Assembly: GCF_000315625.1 (NCBI RefSeq)
Contig: NW_005434595.1
Span: 173,826-237,825, forward strand
DNA from: Guillardia theta CCMP2712
Taxonomy: Eukaryota; Protista; Cryptophyta
Length of the DNA stretch: 64,000 bases
Reading direction: 5' to 3'
Shown: one piece after another, positions 53,755-64,000 of the stretch
How the letters are laid out: every line of letters starts with the position of its first letter
Numbering within the stretch: the first letter of the stretch is position 1
Made by a program: the position numbers and the translations under genes
The notes under the pieces: generated by a model
Databases searched by the model: none
Seen by the model: only the letters and a program-made list of their open reading frames with translations
What the model was told of the DNA's origin: nothing

Positions 53755-55653
53755 ATGAATCATTGGACAACTTCGATCAGCAAGAATGCTATTGTTGAAG
53801 GAGGGTTAGTGCTGGAAAGGGATACAGAATCGCCACTGCACACCTTGACCTCATCCAATCAACTTTCGTATGAGATAGGTGAAGCTAAATCCACTGAATC
53901 AGAAGAAGATGTTCGAGTCGATGTCTTCTCAACAGAGTTCGTCGATATTCCGCTGTCAAAGACTTCGTTAGCAAGAAGCCCCAGCCTCAAGCATCGATCT
54001 AGACTCCTCAGGAATTTTGTCGGCAATGAATCAAATCCCATCGAAGTTTCTTTCTGGAACTTGAAGATGGAGGTTCCAGATGCAAACGCTCGTGTCGGGC
54101 TCTGTGCCTCCCCTCCCAGGAAGACCATCCTCTCCAGCGTCACTGGCGTCTTCGAGCCGGGAAAGTTCACAGCCATCATGGGGTCGAGCGGAGCAGGAAA
54201 GACGACGCTTCTCAACGCAGTGGCAGGGGAGGCAGCAGGCGGCATCCTCTCGGGAGCTGTGCGGTTCAATGGAGCCAAGGTTGACACAGCTACGATCCGC
54301 AGGCTTCGCGCTTTTGTGTTCCAGGATGATGTAGTGATGGGTACCATGACAGCCTACGAGGCTATCAGCATGTCGGCGAAGCTGAGACTTCCCCCGGACA
54401 TGCCGCTCGAAGAGAAGATGAGGCGAGTAGATCAGGTGATTGAGATTTTGCAGCTGGATCAGTGCAAGGACAACGTGATAGGCTATCCCGGAGAGAAGAG
54501 CGGGGTCTCAGGAGGAGAGAGAAAGCGTATCAACATTGCCATGGAGCTTATCACGAACCCTTCTGTGCTGTTCCTGGATGAGCCAACTTCCGGCTTGGAT
54601 ACTCATACAGCACACAGCGTCTGCAAGACGTTGAAGGAGCTGGCTGCTGCTGGCAGGACGGTCGTTGCGACGATTCACCAGCCGTCCTCGGACATCTTCC
54701 ACATGTTCGACAACCTGCTCCTGCTCGCCAGTGGTCGCATCCTCTACCAGGGGCCGTCCAGATCCTGCATGGACTACTTTGCAACGAGAGGCAGCCCATG
54801 TCCTCAGTTCACAAACCCGGCCGATCACATCTTCATGAAGGTCCTCAACGATCAGCTTGCCAGCAGTGAGCTCGAGCGCAAGGCGAAACGAGAGCAGATC
54901 GAGGGGTTGCTGTCGGAGTATGCGGAGTCTTCGACGTTCAAGGACATGGAGGCCCGCGTGAAGGTCCCAGGAAGCGGAGTGGACAAGAGCTCTTCCAGCT
55001 TCTCTCCCAGCCTGCTGCTCCAGATGAGCGTCCTCTTCGGCCGTGCAAAGAACAACGCGATAAGAAACCGGCTGATTCTCAGGGCCAAGATCGGCCAGTC
55101 ACTGTTCATGGGGCTTCTCATGGGGTTGATCTATCGTGACTTGCAGACTAACCAAAAGTCGATCCAGGTCAACCCTGCTGCGATCTCATTGCGATGATTG
55201 AAATCTTCTGAGTAGAATCGGACCGGGGCCCTCTTCTTCGTATCTGTTAACGTCACCATGTCAGCTGCCATGACAGGTGGTCGCTCTAATCTGAAGTTAA
55301 AAGTAGATGTGAAAGGAGAAGATAGTTAGAGCCATTTACATTTCAAAGATAGATTAGCAGTGAAAGAGGTATTGACTTCGACCGGCTGATATTTGAGCAG
55401 TCATCTCAGCCTTCGGTGTCGAGCGAGTCGTGTTTGAGAGGGAGCGGAGCATCGGAATGTACAGGTGGGTGTGACAGAGGAGGAGAGACAGTCGACTTAA
55501 CTTGAGTTCTGACAGCACGTTTGCATACTTCCTAGCAAAAATCATTGTCGAGCTTCCTCACAACATCATTTTTCCGTTCATACAAGCGAACATCGTGTAC
55601 TTTCTGCTGGAGCTGCAGCTGTCAGCGCACCACTGGATCACATGGTGGGTTGT

Positions 55654-55741
<88 letters not shown>

Positions 55742-56227
55742 CCAGCTCATCATTTTTGAAGGTGCGTTATCTTTTCTATGCTCAATAACGTCGGGAATGC
55801 TCTTGGGATCTGGTGAGGGTTGAGAGGTGGAGTGTGTGCTTGTCGATGACGCTGTCTACTATGACAGCCTCGCTTGCTTGTTCAAAGATCTTGAGGCCAC
55901 TGTACAGATCGGTGAAAGAAGTCAGGATTGATTCATCTCCTCATGGTGTTTCTCAGCTCCCGTCTTCATCCTACCGCTCACACTCTTCAGCGGCTTCTTC
56001 GTAAATCAGAAGGGTAGCAAGTCAACCTGATTGTCAACCGTCGGTTCATGTTGCATGCAGGCATTCCTGTCTACTTCGATTGGATCAAATACATCTCTCC
56101 CATGCGCTATAGGTAACCCACACATGTCATCCTGCTGTTGCTGCTGCTGTACTCGTCTGCTGTTATCACCGACTTCACCTTTCTTCCCAGCCCCCGTTCT
56201 CTCTCTGTCTCTCGGCCCCTCTCTCTG

Positions 56228-56261
<34 letters not shown>

Positions 56262-56685
56262 GCTCTCCCCCCCCCCCTTCCCCCTCTCAATCTCACTATT
56301 TTCGCAGCTTCATGGCTTTCATGCTGAACGAGTACACCGGTCACTCTCCTTCGCTTCCGTTGAATTACCAGCGTCTCATGTCGAGCAGGTCTGAAGCTCA
56401 AGTGCGATGATAACGAGCTTGTCGCTCGACCCTCTTGTCCTCTCTTGAAGGTTCCAACAGCAAGTCTCTCCTCCATACTGACCTCCAGCCCTCACAGGCC
56501 GGCACCGCCACCTCCCTTCCTGTCTACAAGCCCTGCTTCTGCCCCGTAGTGGATGGAGTTCAGGTCCTGCTTGCTCAAGTCTTGCTAGGGTCTGATGCTC
56601 GTGTAGGTGTTGAATCAGATGGGAATGACAGGAGACCTCACGATCTGGTTCCGCCTCTCCTCCTCCTCCTCCTCCTCCCTCCCTC

Positions 56686-56749
<64 letters not shown>

Positions 56750-57022
56750 TATCATCCTTCTGGTCTCCTCCATTGCTCTGCCTTACATCTTCCTGCCTCG
56801 CCTCCTCCACCACCACTACCATCATCGCTGCTGTTGTCTTGACTCTGCGAGCAGGGAGAACGTCGGTGTCCTGCTAGGGCTGTGGTGCGGCTTCATCATC
56901 CTCGCCTTCCTCCTCTTGCACAGGTACGCGAGCAATCGCGAGCTCTGCGGCTTGACAGGTGGAGCAGACTGGTGGTGACGAGGGAGAGGCAGCGAGCGAA
57001 GCTGCTGTCCAACGACTCGTGA
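53755..57022 (+). CDS. ABCG (White-type) half transporter, copy 2
   Basis: Same motifs as copy 1 with a near-identical NBD, a different N-terminal extension and the same C-terminus RAKLLSNDS* (TGA 57020-57022). Confidence 0.95.
55657..55739. repeat. (CT)n microsatellite in an ABCG copy 2 intron
   Basis: Perfect dinucleotide run, absent from the homologous intron of copy 1. Confidence 0.95.
56687..56755. repeat. (CAT)n microsatellite in an ABCG copy 2 intron
   Basis: Trinucleotide run. Confidence 0.95.
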
Positions 57023-57339
57023 AGCAGCAGCGACTTGTGGGAGCGAGTGAGGAAGTGAAGTGAGCGAAGCAGGAGGATGTGAATTGAGGGAGAATCAAAA
57101 CTTTCAATGAAGGACAAGGCGGAAGACATTGGGGTGTGATGGAGTTTGGTCGAGATACAAACACACCGTGCAGGTTTCTGTGTGCCGGGAAAAGGAGTGA
57201 CAGGAACAAACACGTTCCAAAGGAAACAGCGGAGATGTCAACATCTGTTACAAGAAGACTGTATTGTTTGAGAGTGGCAAGAGGCAAGAGACAAGCAGCG
57301 AGCCGGAGAGATTTCGACCTACCGCAGAGTCTGCAGCGC

Positions 57340-60300
57340 TCAGACGCCATCGGCGAACAAGACAACCTTGAGTCCTTCCTCGAGCCGAAAGGAAGCAGAT
57401 CGATGTGGGCTGAGTAACTGATGAGACGGTCCGGCATGCAAGAAGAGGAGTCGAAGGCCAAGGCGGTAGAGAAGGAAGGTTGGAGGGAGTGAAGGAGGGA
57501 GAAGGAAGGCTGGAGGGAGTGAAGGAGGATACCTCATGTCGACGTTGCCGTCCTTTCTCAAGATCCCGAGCGCCTTGACTGATGTCAACGAACAAGAAAG
57601 ACTACAGCATCTCCTCTGCTCACCACAGCCTTCTTGCTCATGGCAAGCTCGGAGATTTGACCGAAGGTCCTTTCCTCCATCGTCAACCCTACAGCAGCCT
57701 CTCCTCTCCTCCTCTCTCTTCTTCCTATCCTCCCTCCCCTTCCCCTTCCCCTTCCTCGCAGACAGAGCTCTTGCCTGATGGAGCCGGAGGGTCCGAAGAA
57801 GGAGGCGTCAACAGCAACGATCTGGCAACTCAGAATCAGTCCTGCTGACCAAGGCATTATAAACTCGTCCCGTGTTCTTTCCACGTCCACTTGCCCTCTA
57901 TCCTCCCCTCAGTCTCTTTTGCCTCTTCCTCCAGCTCCCCTCCCGTCCTCTTGATTCACCTCCGATCCTGTGGCGTCGAGGAAGTCTTGATACACTGAAT
58001 TCACTTCTGGGTTCCACAGCACCTGCACATTCAGCATGAGTTCCTCCGCCCCCTATCTTTTTCCCTCCTCCCCCCTCCCCCCCTCCCTTCTCCTCCTCCC
58101 TCCTCCTCCCCCCCTGCCTTCTCTCTCTCCCATATCTTTCGCTTCCCTCATATTCCTCCCTCTTCCCCCCGCCCCTGGTCCTCCTCGTCTAGCACCTGAA
58201 CAAAGGCTCCGGCTTCCAAGTAGGAAGTCTGTACGCATTGGATGTGCACGCCAGGGTTGCTCAAAGCGAACTGAGAGGGAGAGTGAAAGTGAGGAGAGAG
58301 GAGGAGAAAATGAGGAAGGGAATGGAAGCAGAAAGAGAAGGAGGGAGACAGGAGAAGTAGGAGGCGAGGGAAGAGAAACAGGAGGGGATAGGATAAAAGG
58401 CAGAAGGAAGACAGGAAGGAGAACATGGGTAGAGAGGGAGAGATTCTACCTTCTCTGCCAGGCTGCAGGTGAGAGAGTTCTGGATCTCTGCGATGATCTG
58501 AAGGGGTTTCGTGTGCCCCTGACTGCTGCGAGTTAGGGAGGGAGAGAAGAAGAGGAGGAGAGGGGCAAGAGGAGGAGCAACTGATCTACCTCTTCCTCGC
58601 TTCGAGCACAATCTTGGTAGCAGCAAGCACACGAGCCTGGGTACAAGTTGAGCGAGCAGGAGCAGCATAGAAGGAGGAGATGAAGAGAGGGGAAGTGACA
58701 GGAGGAGACGATTACATCTCTCTCCCCAGCTGTCAAGGATTCAGACTTGCCATCCTGCAGAGCTCGAAGAATTCAGCAAAAGATTAAACAAATCTGAAAG
58801 GAAATACCGCCTGTGAGAAACAGTCAGAGCGGGTAAGGGTGACGAGGAAAAATGAAGAGGAAGGCGGAGGGATGAGGAAGAGGCAGCAAGGGTCTTCACC
58901 GGAATGATGATTGTCTCGATGTCGTGCAGGGGAATCTGTTGATTTGCATTAAAACGTGATATTGCGAAGTCCCTTCTTCCCCTGCCCCTTCCCTGGCTTC
59001 TCATGTCTTTTCCTCCCCTCCCCTCCCCTCCCTTCTTTCCTCTCTCCTCTTCTTCACTCGTCTCTTGCTGTTTATACAGTACCTTCTTCACATCTGACTT
59101 GCTCAATGAACTTCCCTGAATGTGCTTGAACTTGGCGTGATTGGGCCTATTGCACCAATTCATCACCGTCAGAGACAGCAACAACGTAGAGATCCAGAAA
59201 GAAAGGAACGGATACAAAGGAGTGAAATCAGTTGTAATTAGAAGAGGAAAGAACAAACCAGAAGATAATTGGGTCCGGATGAACAGCAGTGACTGATGAT
59301 CCTCTACTCATGGACATGTAATTTTGTCTGGAACCCACAAGAATTTTCACAAGAATTTTCACCTGGGCAGGATGTTGTCGATCTCGGAAAGAATCTCTCC
59401 GTCACGATCCAGATTCAGAACCAACACATGCTGAAGGGCAGGTGTGAGCACTCATGGTACAATAAGATCACAGTCTTACACACAGTTTTCAACAAGAAAG
59501 AAACAAAACAAGTCAACAGAGGAAATCAATTCAAATCTTCTTGTAAGCACGCAAGACAGGAAAACATGTCAGAACCTTTGGGTCTGCTCTAAGAGCTTGT
59601 TCGACATCTCTGACGGCTGGACTCCATGCCGCATCCCTAGCGCAAGTTAAAGTTACAAGAAAAAATACAACCTTATCGCACGAACTTTGTTTGCGCTGCT
59701 CGCCGCCAACAAGTGATCTTGTCGTTTCTATTGCACAATCGGTAAGACCTTGGGCAGGGCAGTGAAGTCACACACTTGGACAGGATCACCAGCTTGCTCT
59801 TCTCCGGAAGAATCTCATTTCCTGCAGACGAAGCAATGAGATGCCGGGAAATAGCTGTAGCTAGCAGACCTGATGGGTTCATCATAACCTTTCCATCGCT
59901 CGTGATCCACCCCAGCAATACAGAATCGGGGAAATGAGCGCCTGCGAAGAGTTTGCAGTGAGATGAAGAAAAGAACAAGAAGAAGCTGTAAGAACAAGAA
60001 GATCGGAAACAACATCATCTTGGAAGGCAGAAATCAGAAAGAGAAGATAACGAATATGACGAAGGCACATGGAATATGCTCTGCATGATTCATTGACATC
60101 ACCCATTTGTTTGAAAGATTTTCCTTGGAGCCATGGATACTGTCGTTTCTCGATCAACTTCGCTTGGATGAGACAACACAAAAATCTACAGTACCATCTC
60201 TGATGACCGCAGGTAAATTTCACTCCCCTGAAAGGCATCAACATGTCAATCTGTCATCGATCCTTTCCTTGACACCAACCTTCGATTGGTCGAGGATGTC

Positions 60301-63063
60301 GGTGTACACAGATGCGAGTCGCGGCTGCTTGCTATGAGAGAGAGCAAGAGAGAGTTGACAGTAGGTCATCACCTCGAGAGCTGTCACTGCCATGATTCGC
60401 CGTCTGCCACCACGTGATGAGAAGAAGAAAGAAAAGGAACAGAAACAAACTTACGAGAAAGAATTTTTGGTGACAAACATGAGCTCGTCCAAGTCTCTCT
60501 CTCCCTCCTACAGCAATTCGAGAAGAAATCCTATCAGTTCGCACAGTATGGCAGTAGCGATGAAAGTTACTGGATCGCAATCTGCAACGACGACCTTGAT
60601 GTCGTTCTTGTTTGGTCCGATCTTCTTCCCAGGCTTCACAAATCTCATCGTTTGGGAGCAACAAAGGACAAGAAAACCTGTCGATCAGCCTGGAGAGCTT
60701 GCAGACAGGCAGCTTGCGAGATGAGATCAGCCTTGGATACACATTAGCACAGCAAATCAGAAGTAGCAACCAAGAAGAGACCTCGTCTTTTGTCTCGTCG
60801 GGCAAGATCAGGACATGCTAAGAATCAATTTCAGATGAACTAGAATCGTAGGAAAGGAAGTTGAGGCAGACTGATCCTAAAGCATCAAGCAAAAAAGAGG
60901 CAGAGGAGGAGGGCGATAAGGGAGGAGACAACCTGTGCGGCTCCAGCGGAAACCATGCGCAAGTCCGGGAGAGTCCCTAACAGTTCAAGTTCATACTCAC
61001 AGACTCGTCAAATGCAGCATAGAGAACCAGGATTGCCTTTCCTCGTGAAAATGGGCAATGTGGTCTTTTCGAGTTGATCAGCCTGCCGATGATGTGTTCA
61101 GTTGCTGATATACGTCAGGGCCGGGCGGTACTAGCTCTTGATCCATTTCTTCCTTCTCTTTGCTTGCAAGGATCACGACAGGCTTCCAAAGTGTCAACGA
61201 CCATGAACCCCGCCTTGTTGATCAAAAACACCTTGAGAGGAATTCGGCCATCGCTAGCAGCTGCTTCGATCTGGATTTGCAAGTGAGAAACCCAAATTGG
61301 CAGAGGTTTTGCCCTCAGCAACATTTTCTGACATTGTCGCACGTACAATATCATGTTTGTTGTGATACCTGTCGAAGCATTGGGATAGTTTTGTCGTTCC
61401 AGTTCAACATCACAATGTGATCTCGTTCCACAATCTGTATGAAATGTGAGTTTACATAGCCAGCACAAACAAATCCTTGCCTTGTGCGTTCCTGACAGGG
61501 CAGAGGACAAAGCAACCTGTCAAGCAATCAATCTAGGGTCGAACATGAGAAAGACAAAATGAGCAGATTCGAACCTCAATGGCTGATGTAATTGTTCCCA
61601 ATAAGACCGCAAATGTCAGACACCCCTGACAATCAATCTGTGAGAAATTTCATGACTCAGGAACAATCTTGCAACCGTCACAAAGAGAATGTTGGCGATG
61701 AAAGCAGACTGAGGCTTCTCCTCGTCAACCACTGGACAAGAAGTCATTTCAACGAGCGAAGGTCGCCTACAAACCAGAAACTCCGGGTGCATTGTTGAGC
61801 AAAGCATCTGGAAAAGTGATGAGTTGAGCATCCTGGGTACGTTATTATGCTCTGACATGACTTGAACAATGCTGATCGCCAATTGGTTTCTCCTGTGACG
61901 AGACAGAGCCAAGCACCAAAAAATACCTGGTGGAAATGAAATCCGAATCAACTCAGAACAGATTGAACTGAGGGGTAACAAACCAGAGCAGCAGAGAATG
62001 AAAAGAACATTATCAGCTTGGAGAATACATTCGCAGTAAGCAACTGTTGAGATCCCGTCCTTGTAAACCAGCGCACACCAACTTCAAAGGACATTTACCT
62101 GATTGACCTTGTACGTCAACAGATCTTGGAATTCCGCATAGGATTCTGTAATTCTGCCAGATCAAGTCAACACTTTGACTCGAATAATTCTTTTCACACT
62201 CACCTCTCTGGGATTTTCAGAGCTGCAAAGATCCCCTTGCATGCAAAGTGAGGAGAGGACGACTTCTTCTAAAGTTTGCTACCTTCCATTCTGTCGCCCT
62301 GTAAACGAGGCTGTCTGCCACGATATCTTGCCTGAACAAGACGGTAACCAAGAGGCTAGTATTTGCCAAGGAGAAGGATGAAAGACGAGATAGATTCAGA
62401 AGGAGCACGAGATAGATTCATCTTGATCGCAGACAGGATGGTGCGATTGTTACCTCGCGGAAAAAGCTAGGCCATCGGGGATGGCAACCTTCAGGAGTCA
62501 AGAAAACAATAAACAATATCAGTAGAGGCATAAAGCATTTCATTTGGTACATGAAGAATTTCATTTGGTACATGGCAAACGATTCACAGGCCTGGATGAA
62601 ATTCCTACCTTTCTGCCAAGTGGTGATCCAACCACTGATGTCCTCTGAAACCATCGCCGGAGGAAACTATCATTCGGAACAAACCACCACAAAGCTTATG
62701 AAAGGAAGTAGTCATACCACAGAAGAAATTTCCTCCGAAGGGAATTCCTTGAGAGCTCAAGTCAGCTATGGGCACCTGACTTTCGTCTGCTTCTCATCCT
62801 CCCATCCGTGTGCTATCTACCTCTTCGGAAAATTGATTCCTCACCTTGAAAGCCGCCGAAACCGATGAAGGCTGCGAGGGCGTTACTTTGTGGAAGGAAA
62901 TATGGTATGCATCTACCTTAAACCCGACACTCAGCAACATGAGTGCAATGGAAAGAACAAGTCTTGGTACACTGAAGGCAAGTGTCTTTGACCTGGGTGG
63001 ATTAACGAGAGGAGAAGACGTGAGTTGATGGCAGTCGGCAGGAACTTCTCATTACCTGACCAT
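57340..63063 (-). CDS. CASTOR/POLLUX (DMI1)/PEC-like RCK-domain cation channel, many exons
   Basis: Exon peptides occur in family order: GCLTFAVLLGTITSAIE, VERDHIVMLNWNDKTIPMLRQ, ASKEKEEMDQEL, PIFTRKGNP, TLPDLRMVSAGAAQ|HVLILPD, PRLASVYTDILD, YPWLQGKSFKQ, HFPDSVLLGWITSDGKVMMNP, VLWNPEVNSVYQDFLDATGSE. 5' end uncertain. Confidence 0.8.
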
Positions 63064-63449
63064 TTTCGATTCTTCAACACCATGTACATGCTTAGAAAAG
63101 GCGCTACATGCCAGGTTGTGAAGGCCTGCTACCCGCGGGTGATTCTTCAGTGTAAGAGAAGCAGCGATCTTCCTCTGGGTGAGGAGCGGAGGAGCAGGGA
63201 GAAACCCTGTGCACAATAATCAGTGTTATCCTCCTTGTTCCAAACTTGTTTCTCCTCTTCAATGGTATCTGAAGCCCCACACATCTTATAGCTCGCTCTG
63301 GCTTCGAATACGGCACGTACGCACTTGTTCTATTACTGCATACTCGCCTTTTCTTGATCTTTGAGTGAGTGACACATTATGAGATCTCCTTTGAATCACT
63401 ATCAGAGCGTCTGCCATCTCCCTTCTTCCTCACCTCTCGTTACATCTCT

Positions 63450-64000
63450 GCTCCCCCCACCCCCTTCCCCTTGTTGACTCACCTGCACCTTTCACAACCA
63501 ACATGGAAGGAGATCCGGCACAACCCGTTCACCCCCACCCTCTATCACTCATTTACTACCCTCCAAAAATCAGTTTAGTACCCACCCTTTGCTATGGTAG
63601 ATAATCTGACCTGATCTTTCCACCCACCCATTTTCATCACCCCGATGCGCCTCTGGGTACTCATTTCGGATTCCTTGGTAAATTTGTAACGGTTGTAACA
63701 TCTATACGTTACTTCCGTTGTGATGAAGGTTGCAGGGCAACCAAGGACCCCTACCTTCCCCCAAAATTTGAAAGGTACGGTCCCATATGTATCTCAGAGG
63801 GTACCCAGCCTACCCCACCCATGGCGAGACCCTCCACGACCCACCCACCCCCATGAACGAACAACACCTGAAGTTAGAGATCACCTACCCCTTTCCCAAC
63901 ACACCAATATTTCTTGCAATTCACCCCCATGACCCTACCCATACACCAATTTTCTACCCCATGGTGAATCATAGTGGTCGGAAGCCAAGTACCCCTGTGG
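63450..64000. promoter_or_regulatory. TACCC-rich island upstream of the channel gene
   Basis: Repeated TACCC/ACCC/GGGTAC words, no coding signal, located 5' of a minus-strand gene. Confidence 0.45.

Noticed and set aside
38405-57149. Inverted arms as TIRs of a giant DNA transposon or Polinton
   Set aside because: The arms are host genes with introns; I saw no transposase, integrase, polymerase or capsid gene and no target-site duplication.
62537-62574. 17-bp direct repeat atttcatttggtacatg x2
   Set aside because: A small local duplication with no evidence of function.

Overview
Gene-dense eukaryotic draft-assembly DNA with very short (~45-60 nt) spliceosomal introns, many purine/pyrimidine microsatellites and five N-gaps. 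The architecture and a signal-peptide + transit-peptide + Tat presequence suggest a secondary-plastid alga, probably a cryptophyte (Guillardia/Hanusia-like); this is an inference. Genes read by manual splicing, in order: partial NACHT-WD40-PH protein, Tubby-like protein, NF-YA-like factor fused to half a CXXC zinc finger, bacterial-type flavoprotein monooxygenase, GUCD1-like protein, Ankyrin-C2-C2-zfTRAF-WD40 protein, long-chain acyl-CoA synthetase, RPAP3-like TPR protein, an unknown protein, SCP/CTDSP-type phosphatase and WDR20-like protein. Next is a ~19-kb nested inverted duplication holding two ABCG genes and two copies of a coiled-coil gene, plus a central membrane-protein gene and a 14-exon gene for a probable thylakoid-lumen protein that the ORF track misses. 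The window ends with a CASTOR/POLLUX/PEC-like channel gene. Main observations: recurring promoter islands built from TACCC-rich, AT-rich and CCGG/GAGTCA-rich blocks; the NF-YA/half-CXXC fusion; the lumen protein; and mosaic identity between the inverted arms. All gene models and boundaries come from reading by eye, with no database searches.
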